Assembly: GCA_018674495.1 (NCBI GenBank)
Contig: JABHAA010000121.1
Location: 22,848 to 86,847, forward strand
Length of the DNA stretch: 64,000 bases
From: Rhodospirillaceae bacterium
Lineage (GTDB): Bacteria > Pseudomonadota > Alphaproteobacteria > Rhodospirillales > UBA2165
Reading direction: 5' to 3'
The translations under genes and the position numbers were made by a program. Positions 34,521 to 46,394 of this stretch are shown in pieces. How positions within the stretch are numbered: the first letter of the stretch is position 1; the number at the start of each line of letters is the position of its first letter. The notes below the pieces were generated by a model. It did no database searches. It had not been told where the DNA came from and saw nothing but the letters and a program-made list of their open reading frames with translations.

Positions 34521-34646
34521 CTTCAATCCCAATCGGATTTGTACCGGGCGTCGCCCAAGACTGTCTGCCTCAGGAAATCACCCGGTGCGCATAAAGCGGC
34601 TCTGCCTGGCCGATTTGGTGGCAGGCTATTTCGATCAGTGATTTGG

Positions 34647-34778
34647 TTAGAGTTCGGAAATCAACAGGAGCAGACCCAAACAGGCGGCCACGCAAATAGC
34701 GGCAACCACCCACTTCCAGGTGCTGATTATCGGCGTACTATTGATCTGTGTTTCCGGCTTAGATACGTCTTCGGCCAT
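34647..34778 (-). CDS. 43-aa single-pass membrane protein (not in ORF track)
   Basis: MAEDVSKPETQINSTPIISTWKWVVAAICVAACLGLLLLISEL*; purine-rich GGATGGGAAAG upstream of ATG. Confidence 0.6.
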   Translation of the reverse strand: MAEDVSKPETQINSTPIISTWKWVVAAICVAACLGLLLLISEL

Positions 34779-34827
34779 GGCTTTCCCATCCACATTGCGA
34801 ATTCAAACCAACCAAAATACTGGTCGC

Positions 34828-35175
34828 TTAAATCCGAACGGGAGGAGCCCGGGTCTGGCATTGAAAGCCGGAATTGATCTTTTTCGCGGCGCGGCTTTCG
34901 CCGGGCCGGTGCGCAATCAGCGACTGATTGCGGTTTAAATTGGCCGCTGTTGCTTTGACCGCAGCCGAGGCGCCGTCGGATTGATCCTTGGATTCGCCAT
35001 CCTCGGCGGCTTCCAGTTCCAATTCGATGACCACACCGGCGTCGGCTTCTATCGCGGCGCTGAACGGTGATGCCGCGACCAACGCAAATACCAGCAAACC
35101 GAACAGAACCGCTACCGGCAAACCGGTCCCAATCGGGCGGCAAATTCTGGCGATGGCGGATGTAAATTGCTGCAT
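34828..35175 (-). CDS. Putative ribosome-arrest leader protein (TM/signal segment plus C-terminal RAPP)
   Basis: 115 aa: hydrophobic VAVLFGLLVFALVAA, acidic linker, ends GFQCQTRAPPVRI*. Confidence 0.65.
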   Translation of the reverse strand: MQQFTSAIARICRPIGTGLPVAVLFGLLVFALVAASPFSAAIEADAGVVIELELEAAEDGESKDQSDGASAAVKATAANLNRNQSLIAHRPGESRAAKKINSGFQCQTRAPPVRI

Positions 35176-35590
35176 CGTCTTCCGGGTAATTTGTTTGAAC
35201 CGCAACACGATATTCTTGGCCAGCCGGTTTTTCAATTCAGAAATGCAATCTGGTTGCTCGAGGCTGGAATTGCTTGCATTTGTACCCAGTATGTTCTATA
35301 CTATTCGATTCCAAATTTACCGCAGATACGCAATGAATAAAGGCTCCGATTGGCCATGCCCTGTATGCATGCCCGGCTGTCAAATAGTGTTGCACGGCTG
35401 CGAAAAATAAAGGGTTATCTGCCATAAAATCCACACCAATCCTTACTAAACCATACTTATCCATATCAGATTCCGCAGACAAGATGTCGCACCCGCCATG
35501 CACTGCTCGCACGGCTCTGCCCCGCGTTGACAGGTGGAAGTTGGCGTGGAACCTTGGCTCAAATTGGGCAGCGGAATTGAGGGGGAAATT

Positions 35591-36763
35591 ATGAAAATCA
35601 CCGCACTGGAAACCATGGCCTGCGATGCCGGGCGGCGGAATTATTACTTTTGCAAGGTGACCACCGAGGATGGGGTCGAGGGCTGGTCGGAATTCGATGA
35701 AAGTTTCGGGCCGCCCGGCGTCTCCCTCGCCATCGAGCGGTTCGCGCCTTTCGTCATCGGCGAAGACGTGCTCGCCCACGAAAAAATATATGCCAAATTG
35801 TTCAACGCAAAGCGCACCGCCACTGGCGCCACGTCTGCCCTGGCCGCCGGCGCTATCGAAAACGCCGTGCTGGATGCCAAGGCAAAGACCCTGGGCGTGC
35901 CCTGCCATGCCATCCTCGGCGGCAAAATTCGCGATTCTGTCCGCGTCTATTGGTCTCACTGCGCCTTTTGGCAGGTGAATTTCCCAGATGACTACCCTGA
36001 GCCAGCCATCACCACGCTAGATGACATCAAGGCGGCCGGCGCGCGCGCACGGGATATGGGCTTTACGGCGCTGAAATCAGGCATCCTGTTGTCCGAGGAT
36101 GGGCCGCTCAAAAGCTGGGGCGCTGGGTTCGGGCGGCCGTTTTACCCTGAGCTGAACATGGAGAAAAAGATCACCCGACAGATCCACGCCGAATACGAAG
36201 CCTTCCGCGACGGCGCCGGGCCGGATATGGATATTCTCCTGGACCTCAATTTCAACGCCAAGACCGAAGGTTTTTTGCAGGTGATCCGCGCCATATCGGA
36301 CCTGGATATGTTCTGGATCGAGATCGACAGCGACAATCCCAAAGCCCTTGCCTATATCCGCGACCATAGCCCATTCCCCATATCATCGTGTGAGACACTC
36401 ATGGGCCTCCGCCGCTTCCTGCCCTATTTCGATAACCAGTCCATGGACGTGGCCATTATCGACGCAGTCTGGAACGGCATCTGGCAATCGATGAAAATTG
36501 CCGCCGCCGCCGACGCCTTCGAAGTGAACGTGGCGCCGCACAATTTCTACGGCCATCTGGCGACCATGATGAATGCCCATTTCGCCTGTGCCGTTCCCAA
36601 CCTCCGCATTGTCGAGACTGATATTGACCGCATCGCCATCGACAGTGTTGTGTTCGATGGTGAGCCCGAAATTGTCGACGGCTATCTGGTACTGCCCGAC
36701 ACACCGGGCTGGGGCATCACGCCGATCGAAGAAGCCATACGGGAAAATCCGCCGAAGACGTGA
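35591..36763 (+). CDS. Mandelate racemase/muconate lactonizing enzyme family protein (acid-sugar dehydratase-like)
   Basis: MKITALET, AVLDAKAK..GVP...LGGKIRD, metal ligands D(LN), E(ID), (C)E, PHN; RBS GAGGGG. Confidence 0.92.
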   Translation: MKITALETMACDAGRRNYYFCKVTTEDGVEGWSEFDESFGPPGVSLAIERFAPFVIGEDVLAHEKIYAKLFNAKRTATGATSALAAGAIENAVLDAKAKTLGVPCHAILGGKIRDSVRVYWSHCAFWQVNFPDDYPEPAITTLDDIKAAGARARDMGFTALKSGILLSEDGPLKSWGAGFGRPFYPELNMEKKITRQIHAEYEAFRDGAGPDMDILLDLNFNAKTEGFLQVIRAISDLDMFWIEIDSDNPKALAYIRDHSPFPISSCETLMGLRRFLPYFDNQSMDVAIIDAVWNGIWQSMKIAAAADAFEVNVAPHNFYGHLATMMNAHFACAVPNLRIVETDIDRIAIDSVVFDGEPEIVDGYLVLPDTPGWGITPIEEAIRENPPKT

Positions 36764-36791
36764 AGCCGGAATTACAAAAAGGAACAGGCCC

Positions 36792-37664
36792 ATGAGATGG
36801 CAGGCGCGCCGCGAGAATTTTCGAGATATTTTGGAAGGTGATACGTGCGTCCATCCGGGCTCTGTGTTCGATCCCATGAGTGCCCGCATCGCCGAGGATA
36901 TCGGCTTTGAGGTGGGCATGTTCGCGGGCTCGGTTGCTTCCATGGCGGTGCTGGGAGCGCCCGATTTGATTGTCCTCACGTTGACCGAATTCGCGGCCCA
37001 GGCCTATCGCATCAACCGGGCCGGTGAATTGCCGCTTCTGTGCGATGCGGACCACGGCTACGGCAACGCGCTTAACGTTGCGCGCACGGTGGAGGAATTG
37101 GAAAACGCCGGCGTCGCCGCCCTCACCATCGAAGACACCGAGCTGCCCGCCCCCTTCGGCGCGAACGGCAAGGCGCGGCTCATATCCATCGACGAAGGCG
37201 CCGGCAAGATGCGGGCGGCGATTGCGGCGCGGCGGGATAGCGCGTTGGTTATCGCCGGGCGCACCAGCGCCATGTCCATCGCCGGGCTGGATGACACGGT
37301 CCTGCGCATCCAGGCCTTTGAGGCCGCCGGCGTCGATGCCGTGTTCCTCACCGGCGTTACCAGCCGCGCCGAGCTGGACCGGTTATCCAATTCCATCGCC
37401 ATCCCCCTATTCCTGGCCAACGCCAAGGGCGAGCTGGCCGACAAGGAATACCTTGCGTTACGCCGCGTGCGCATCGTCCTGCAAGGCCACATGCCGATCA
37501 TGGCGGCAATGAAGGCGGCTCACGACACACTCAAGGCCTTACGCGATGGCACATCGCCAGATAAGCTGGAGGGCGTCCCGGACGGCGATTTCATCAAACG
37601 CATCACGCGGGGCGGAGACTATCAGGCAATGCTGGATAAGTATCTGAGCGCACCCGAAGACTGA
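36792..37664 (+). CDS. Oxaloacetate decarboxylase (PEP mutase/isocitrate lyase superfamily)
   Basis: SVFDPMSARIA, GSVAS..VL.APD, DADHGYGNALNV.RTV.ELE.AG.AALTIEDT closely recall P. aeruginosa PA4872. Confidence 0.85.
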   Translation: MRWQARRENFRDILEGDTCVHPGSVFDPMSARIAEDIGFEVGMFAGSVASMAVLGAPDLIVLTLTEFAAQAYRINRAGELPLLCDADHGYGNALNVARTVEELENAGVAALTIEDTELPAPFGANGKARLISIDEGAGKMRAAIAARRDSALVIAGRTSAMSIAGLDDTVLRIQAFEAAGVDAVFLTGVTSRAELDRLSNSIAIPLFLANAKGELADKEYLALRRVRIVLQGHMPIMAAMKAAHDTLKALRDGTSPDKLEGVPDGDFIKRITRGGDYQAMLDKYLSAPED

Positions 37665-37679
37665 CGCCTAAGTACCTCC

Positions 37680-38918
37680 ATGCCCCAATCCCTCGCCCTA
37701 CGCGTCTTCCTGCCCTTTGCCTTGGGCTATTTCGCGAGCTCGATCTTCCGCTCCATCAATGGCGTCATCGCGCCGGATCTGGTGCGCGATCTTGGGCTGG
37801 ATGCGACCGAACTTGGCTTTATCGGCTCAACCTATTTCGTCGGCGCCATGCTGCTGCAAATACCGCTCGGCATCCTCGTCGACCGTTATGGGCCTCGGAT
37901 TGTCTATGTAGTCTGCCTGGTTCTGGGGGCCGCCGGATCGGCAATCTTCGGGCTTGCGTACGGCGTCGCCGGGTTGGCCGTGGGGCGCTTTTTAACCGCC
38001 ATCGCGGCCGCTGCAAGCGCCGCCTGCGCGTTGAAAGCCTACGTGCTCTGGTACCCAAAAGAGCGCTTGCCGTTCCTCAACGGGCTTGGCTTCGCTGCGG
38101 GCGGACTAGGTGTCATGGTTGGCACCACACCGGTGGAGTTGGCACTGCCGTTACTGGATTGGCGGGACATTCATATAATCGCGGCGGCAGCCATATTAGC
38201 GACGGCGATATTTGTGTGGGCGGCAGTTCCCAGATCAAACGGCGGCCATAACAGCGGCTCCCTCACCGATCAGATAAAGGGCCTCGGCCTGGTGGTCCGG
38301 GATTTGAATTTTCTTCGCATTGCGCCATTGCTAGTCTTTATGGTCGGCGCCTTGGGCGCCATGCAGAGCCTGTGGGCGGGCCTTTGGCTACGCGACGTGG
38401 CCGCCATCTCGGGAACTCGCGCCGCCAATATATTGCTGCTCATCGCCGCCTCCATGACCCTATCGTTTTTCCTAAGCGGCCCGACGGCCAAGGTCCTGGG
38501 CGGGTTCGGGCTGAGCCCGATGAGCGGGAGCATCCTGGGTGCGGTATTATTCACAGGCGTGGCGGTAGCCTTGGTAAGCCAGGCGTTCCTGGCGCCGGCG
38601 GCGGTGGCCATTCTGTGGTTTCTGTTCGCGTATTTCGCCACCATGGGTATGCTGGCCTATGCTGGATTGGGCCAGTTGTATCCGGCAACGCTGATCGGCC
38701 GGGTCAATGCCTGCCTGCATCTATGCTGGATCCTCGGCGTCTTTGCCTTGCAGAATATTTTCGGTTTCGTGCTCGATAAATTTCCCACCGCCACGCCCGG
38801 CAGTTACGCGCCCGAAGGCCACCGGATCGTCATCGGCATCATCGCCGCCAGCACCGCCCTTGCGGTGCTCTGGTACTGGGCGGCGCCGAAGTTGATAGGT
38901 AAACGAAAGATTCTTTGA
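37680..38918 (+). CDS. MFS transporter
   Basis: ~12 TM; motif A G..VDRYGPR; PFALGYF.S..FRS.N. Confidence 0.9.
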   Translation: MPQSLALRVFLPFALGYFASSIFRSINGVIAPDLVRDLGLDATELGFIGSTYFVGAMLLQIPLGILVDRYGPRIVYVVCLVLGAAGSAIFGLAYGVAGLAVGRFLTAIAAAASAACALKAYVLWYPKERLPFLNGLGFAAGGLGVMVGTTPVELALPLLDWRDIHIIAAAAILATAIFVWAAVPRSNGGHNSGSLTDQIKGLGLVVRDLNFLRIAPLLVFMVGALGAMQSLWAGLWLRDVAAISGTRAANILLLIAASMTLSFFLSGPTAKVLGGFGLSPMSGSILGAVLFTGVAVALVSQAFLAPAAVAILWFLFAYFATMGMLAYAGLGQLYPATLIGRVNACLHLCWILGVFALQNIFGFVLDKFPTATPGSYAPEGHRIVIGIIAASTALAVLWYWAAPKLIGKRKIL

Positions 38919-40168
38919 CGATGCCGTTTCTTATGGTCCTCCGTATCTTTATCCCGTTTGCCCTCGGCTACATGCTGGCGTCCGTCTTCCGTTCGATCAC
39001 GGCGGTAATCACACCTGATCTCGTGCGCGACACCGGCATGGACGCTAGCGAACTTGGCCTTGCCACCAGCGCCTTTTTTCTGAGCGCCACAATCATGCAA
39101 ATACCTTATGGCGTGCTTCTCGACCGGTATGAGCCGCGAAGGGTCTATGCCGTGTTTCTTCTTATCTGTGCCGCCGGCGCGGTGGTGGCGTCACTGGCGG
39201 ACAATGGCCTCACCTTCGCAGCCGGGCGGGCGCTCATTGCTCTTGGCACCACGGCCAGCGCGGTTACATCGTACAAGGTTTACGCCATGTGGTATCCGGC
39301 CTCTCGGTTGCCGTTGGCCAACGGATTGAGTCTCAGCGCTGGCAGCATCGGTATGATGCTCGGTACTCTGCCGGTCCAAGCCGCACTCGCATTTATGGAT
39401 TGGCGCGCCATTCATCTCATCGTTGCCGCAATGTTGGTGCTCGCTGCCGTCGGCGTTTTAGCCTTGGTACCAGCCCGCCAACCAGAAAAAGCTGGCGAGG
39501 CGCTATGGCAACAGTTTAAAGGCCTCGGCGAAATCATTGGAAGCTCGAAATTTTGGCACGCGGCACCCCTGTTGGCGGTGGTGGCCGGCATGTATGGCGG
39601 CCTCATTCAACTGTGGTCGGGACCTTGGATCAGGGATGTGGCCGGGCTCAGTGGCGGTGCAACGGCCAACGTACTTTTCCTTGCAGCCGGCGCCATGGTC
39701 CTATCGGGGATTGCTACCGGCCCATTGAGCGGGCTGACAAGGCGGCTTGGGTTGCCGATCATGGGGTTCGCGGTCCTTGCCTCGTCCGCATTCACCATCA
39801 TTGTGTTTCTCATGGCCATGCCGTGGGTGGCCGGGCCTCTGGCGGCGTATCTATTGTGGGGAGTGTTCGGCATCGTGGCGCCGTTGACGATGGTTATGTA
39901 CGCTGCCCTTGGACCTGAATTTCCCAAGGAACTGAATGGGCGCCTGAACGCATGCCTCACCCTAAGCTGGTTGCTGGGCGCCTTCCTTGTTCAAAATATA
40001 TATGGCTTCGTCCTGGATTGGTTTCCGAACACCGAAACCGGATACGCGCCCGAAGGACATCGCCTGGCCATGGGCATCAATTTCGGAATTTTGGTGGTCA
40101 CATTAGCTTGGTACTTTGTCTTCGGCGCCATCATCCGGCGGTGGGCAAAAATCAAAACCCGGCCTTAA
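38915..40168 (+). CDS. MFS transporter (tandem paralogue; ATG 38921 alternative start)
   Basis: ~12 TM; GVLLDRYEPR; shares PFALGY and YAPEGHR with the upstream gene. Confidence 0.9.
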   Translation: MTMPFLMVLRIFIPFALGYMLASVFRSITAVITPDLVRDTGMDASELGLATSAFFLSATIMQIPYGVLLDRYEPRRVYAVFLLICAAGAVVASLADNGLTFAAGRALIALGTTASAVTSYKVYAMWYPASRLPLANGLSLSAGSIGMMLGTLPVQAALAFMDWRAIHLIVAAMLVLAAVGVLALVPARQPEKAGEALWQQFKGLGEIIGSSKFWHAAPLLAVVAGMYGGLIQLWSGPWIRDVAGLSGGATANVLFLAAGAMVLSGIATGPLSGLTRRLGLPIMGFAVLASSAFTIIVFLMAMPWVAGPLAAYLLWGVFGIVAPLTMVMYAALGPEFPKELNGRLNACLTLSWLLGAFLVQNIYGFVLDWFPNTETGYAPEGHRLAMGINFGILVVTLAWYFVFGAIIRRWAKIKTRP

Positions 40169-40758
40169 AGCCCGGTCGCGAACTTGACCATGATCACCAC
40201 GATCAGCAGCTGCATGACGCCTTGGGAGGCGATGGTATAAAAATAGCGGCGCATGATGCGGCCGACCATTTCCACCCTGGGCTCGTCTTTGCGCATCTCC
40301 AGATAGATGCGGAGATTGGCCGGAAGGAGAATAAAAAGCCCCTGGATGGCTAGGATAAACGACACACCAAGGGCGGCAACAACCCACCAGAATTGCGGGA
40401 AGCCGAATTCCAGATAACCGGTCTGCACGGCCAGGTACCAGCCCGAAGTGGGCGCGATAATGCCGAGTGGCGTCAGGATGAACAGGGTCTTGGGCAACAG
40501 GTTAAGGGAAAATGCGCGCCGTCCCTCGAAGTCCAGACGGCGCACCACCGGGCCGATGACAAAGCCCATGAGAATATCAAAGCCGGTCAACAATACGCCG
40601 GAAGCCACATGCACAAACCGCAACGGCCACTGCTCTTCATAAAGGATAACACCGACCAGGACGCCCAAAGCAATAAACACCCAGATCAGATTGCGAAAAT
40701 CCAGGCCGGCGACACGCCAAAACGGCTCCGGTCGAATGGCAACGGTTTCAGTATTCAT
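40165..40758 (-). CDS. Hypothetical integral membrane protein
   Basis: ~5 hydrophobic segments, FVHV.SG.L.TG.D..MG; GGGG RBS. Confidence 0.8.
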   Translation of the reverse strand: MNTETVAIRPEPFWRVAGLDFRNLIWVFIALGVLVGVILYEEQWPLRFVHVASGVLLTGFDILMGFVIGPVVRRLDFEGRRAFSLNLLPKTLFILTPLGIIAPTSGWYLAVQTGYLEFGFPQFWWVVAALGVSFILAIQGLFILLPANLRIYLEMRKDEPRVEMVGRIMRRYFYTIASQGVMQLLIVVIMVKFATGL

Positions 40759-41005
40759 GGTGCACCCCCAACAGTGCGGAGTATGCGCTCAATTGCACCG
40801 CAGCGCTATTGTCATTTAAGCCGGGCTTAATCCTCCCCCGGCTTGAAGGAAGTTGCCTGGGACGCCGGGAATGGCATCGGGGTCGAGGCGCGCTTGTCGT
40901 CCATGGGCTCCCTCCTTGGCGTTGCGCACCAAACCGCCAGCATAATGGTAAGCATGCCAGAGCCAACACAAAGAATGGAGAGGTAAAAAGGATGCGTGGA
41001 AAGAG

Positions 41006-41081
41006 TGGTGGGCGATGACGGGCTCGAACCGCCGACATCCACGGTGTAAACGTGGCGCTCTCCCAACTGAGCTAATCGCCC
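41006..41081 (-). tRNA. tRNA-Val(TAC)
   Basis: Reverse complement GGGCGATTAGCTCAGTTGGGAGAGCGCCACGTTTACACCGTGG...GGTTCGAGCCCGTCATCGCCCACCA. Confidence 0.98.
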
Positions 41082-41136
41082 TGATTTTATAAGTCAGCGG
41101 CCATTGATGCGGCAACAAAGGCCCAAAAGCAAGAAC

Positions 41137-41160
41137 GCCGGCCACGTTACCGTGGCCGGC
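41137..41160 (-). terminator. Intrinsic terminator after hupB
   Basis: Perfect 10-bp stem GCCGGCCACG/CGTGGCCGGC, GTAA loop on minus strand, followed by GTTCTTGCTTTT. Confidence 0.75.
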
Positions 41161-41183
41161 TGTTCCTCAAGCGCAAAATTGAT

Positions 41184-41456
41184 TTAGTTGACCGCGTCCT
41201 TCAGGCCTTTGCCGGCCTTGAATTTGGGCTGCTTGGACGCCGGAATTTGAATGGATTCACCCGTGCGTGGATTGCGGCCCGTGGTCGCCTTGCGATTGGC
41301 CACGGAGAAAGTGCCGAAACCAACGACCCTAACTTCACCACCCGACTGCAACGCGCCGGTAATTGCATCAAACACACCGTCCACAGCCTTGGCTGCATCG
41401 GCTTTCGACATTCCGGCTCCGTCTGCAACCGTCGAAACTAGATCGTTTTTGTTCAC
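41184..41456 (-). CDS. hupB: DNA-binding protein HU
   Basis: GFGTF, GRNPRTGE, PKFKAGKGLKDAVN; downstream of lon. Confidence 0.97.
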   Translation of the reverse strand: MNKNDLVSTVADGAGMSKADAAKAVDGVFDAITGALQSGGEVRVVGFGTFSVANRKATTGRNPRTGESIQIPASKQPKFKAGKGLKDAVN

Positions 41457-41580
41457 GTTAAGGCCCCCTTTTCTGAGGTGATAGGAAAAAAATCAAATAA
41501 GAATTTAAGGACACCCTGCGCCTTAAAACCGTGGCTAGTTTACGGCGGTCCTGACAAATGCGTCAATCGAAGACGCGAAT

Positions 41581-41589
41581 TTATCCACA
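41581..41589. promoter_or_regulatory. Perfect DnaA box upstream of hupB
   Basis: TTATCCACA in the lon-hupB intergenic region. Confidence 0.45.
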
Positions 41590-41648
41590 TATTTCTCAAT
41601 TTTTCGCCGATTTCAGGGGGTTTTGCTCCTATTTCGGCCAAAATAGCT

Positions 41649-41681
41649 GGCCCCGCGGCGGCGTTCATGCCGCGCGGGGCC
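41649..41681 (-). terminator. GC-rich hairpin after lon
   Basis: GGCCCCGCGGCGGC...GCCGCGCGGGGCC, followed on minus strand by AGCTATTTT. Confidence 0.5.
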
Positions 41682-41720
41682 TTGTTTTCGCGAATCGACT
41701 TTTGGCGGAAATAGGCGCGT

Positions 41721-44132
<2,412 letters not shown>

Positions 44133-44224
44133 CTTTATTTCTCCTTTTATTGGCCCCCTCGCGGACCGGCGCCTATCGCAGCTTGATGATCATTATGATT
44201 TTGACATCAGAACCGTTGTTACAC

Positions 44225-44252
44225 CTTATACAATTTGTTCGATTTTTTTCAA
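44225..44252 (-). promoter_or_regulatory. Putative lon promoter
   Basis: TTGAAA-N16-TATAAG on minus strand in the clpX-lon spacer. Confidence 0.45.
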
Positions 44253-44272
44253 AAATCAAGCCAACCGGAATA

Positions 44273-45538
44273 TTACGCGCTGGAATCCAGGTCGTCGCGA
44301 CGTTCCGAATAGATATAGAGGGGCTGGGCGCCGTCTTGAGCCACCTCGCGGTTGATCACCACTTCTTCGACGCTGTTCATATCGGGCAACTCGAACATGG
44401 TCTCCAAAAGGATGTCTTCCATGATGGAACGCAATCCACGGGCGCCGGTTTTCCGTTCAACCGCCTTCTCGGCGATGGCGTCCAATGCGTTTTCGCGGAA
44501 TGTGAGGGTCACGTCCTCCATCTCGAACAGGAGCTGGTACTGTTTGACCAGAGCGTTCTTCGGCGCCGTCAGGATTTTCACAAGCGCTTCTTCATCCAGA
44601 TCATCCAATGTGGCAATCACAGGCAGACGGCCGACAAATTCCGGGATCAAACCGAACTTTAAAAGATCCTCAGGCTCCACATCGCGTAAAATCTCGCCGG
44701 TCAGGCGTTCTTCGGGACCATGCACATCGGCGCCGAAACCGATCGAGGAGCCGCGCCCGCGTGCCGAAATAATTTTCTGCAACCCGGAAAAAGCACCGCC
44801 GCAGACGAACAGAATATTGGTAGTATCCACCTGCAGGAATTCTTGCTGTGGATGCTTGCGCCCGCCCTGGGGCGGCACGGAGGCGACAGTGCCTTCCATG
44901 ATCTTCAACAAGGCCTGCTGCACGCCCTCGCCAGAAACATCGCGGGTGATCGACGGATTGTCGGATTTGCGAGAAATTTTGTCGACCTCGTCGATATAGA
45001 CAATTCCGCGCTGCGCCCGCTCGACATTATAATCAGCGGCCTGCAGCAGTTTGAGAATGATATTTTCCACATCCTCGCCCACGTAGCCGGCTTCGGTAAG
45101 GGTCGTGGCATCGGCCATGGTAAACGGCACATCCAGGATGCGCGCCAAAGTCTGCGCCAACAGCGTCTTGCCGCAACCGGTGGGGCCGACAAGAAGGATA
45201 TTGGACTTGGCCAATTCCACCTCATTATTTTTGGAAGTATGACCAAGCCGTTTGTAATGATTGTGCACGGCAACGGCTAGCACCCGCTTAGCGTAATCCT
45301 GGCCGATCACATAGTCATCCAGCACCGAGCAAATTTCGGCAGGCGTGGGAACGCCGTCGCCGGATTTGACGATATGGGTTTTGTTCTCTTCGCGGATGAT
45401 GTCCATGCACAACTCAACGCATTCATCGCAGATGAATACAGTGGGTCCGGCTATCAATTTTCGGACTTCGTGCTGACTTTTTCCACAGAACGAGCAATAA
45501 AGTGTGTTCTTGGAATCGCCGCCGCTAGGTTTGTTCAT
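44273..45538 (-). CDS. clpX: ATP-dependent Clp protease ATP-binding subunit
   Basis: CSFCGK zinc domain, [23 protein letters not shown] loop. Confidence 0.99.
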   Translation of the reverse strand: MNKPSGGDSKNTLYCSFCGKSQHEVRKLIAGPTVFICDECVELCMDIIREENKTHIVKSGDGVPTPAEICSVLDDYVIGQDYAKRVLAVAVHNHYKRLGHTSKNNEVELAKSNILLVGPTGCGKTLLAQTLARILDVPFTMADATTLTEAGYVGEDVENIILKLLQAADYNVERAQRGIVYIDEVDKISRKSDNPSITRDVSGEGVQQALLKIMEGTVASVPPQGGRKHPQQEFLQVDTTNILFVCGGAFSGLQKIISARGRGSSIGFGADVHGPEERLTGEILRDVEPEDLLKFGLIPEFVGRLPVIATLDDLDEEALVKILTAPKNALVKQYQLLFEMEDVTLTFRENALDAIAEKAVERKTGARGLRSIMEDILLETMFELPDMNSVEEVVINREVAQDGAQPLYIYSERRDDLDSSA

Positions 45539-45652
45539 TGGCCCTCCAGCCTCGACATCGGGCAGTTGCTGTCAATTTTAGGCATCGATTGCACTGCCGC
45601 ACAATCGATTATTTGGGTATGGGCCAACGCGGGCGAATACGCACTGCACCTT

Positions 45653-46333
45653 TTAATCGGTATCTCCCTTGCCGCCATTATCATTATCATCGCCATTTCC
45701 ACCTTGATCGCCGTCATCATCTTCTACAGGACGCTTGGTTACCACTTCGTCAATAAGCCCGAATTCCACGGCTTCCTGGGGTGACAAAAAGTTATCGCGC
45801 TCGACGGCAGTCTCGATATCCTTCAATTCCTGGCCAGTGTGCTTTACATAGATATTGTTCAGCCGAGCCCTCAGCGCAAGTATCTCACGCGCTTGAATTT
45901 CAATATCCGTTGCCTGCCCCTGGGCGCCGCCGGAAGGCTGGTGAACCATGATTCGGGAGTTGGGAAGTGCGAATCGCTGTCCGGGCGCGCCGGCGGCGAG
46001 CAGCAATGAGCCCATCGAAGCCGCCTGACCAATACATACTGTAGATATCGCCGGGCGTACATACTGCATGGTGTCGTAGATCGCCAAGCCCGAGGTCACG
46101 ATGCCGCCCGGAGAATTAATATAAAAGGCGATCTCTTTTTTCGGGTTTTCCGATTCTAAATACAGAAGCTGCGCGCAGACCAGGCTGGAAATATAATCGT
46201 CTATACCGCCGGTAACGAAAATAATCCGCTCCTTCAGCAGCCGCGAGTATATGTCGTAGGCGCGCTCTCCCCGATTGGTGGTTTCGACCACCATGGGAAC
46301 CAGATTGTTGTAGACTTCGTAGGGATCGCTCAT
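45653..46333 (-). CDS. clpP: ATP-dependent Clp protease proteolytic subunit
   Basis: [27 protein letters not shown]; ATG at 46333. Confidence 0.99.
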   Translation of the reverse strand: MSDPYEVYNNLVPMVVETTNRGERAYDIYSRLLKERIIFVTGGIDDYISSLVCAQLLYLESENPKKEIAFYINSPGGIVTSGLAIYDTMQYVRPAISTVCIGQAASMGSLLLAAGAPGQRFALPNSRIMVHQPSGGAQGQATDIEIQAREILALRARLNNIYVKHTGQELKDIETAVERDNFLSPQEAVEFGLIDEVVTKRPVEDDDGDQGGNGDDNDNGGKGDTD

Positions 46334-46394
46334 TTTTTGTTCCAAATTTGTCGTTACTGGGATCCGCGCGGATATATCGCCGTACGTATGTTAT

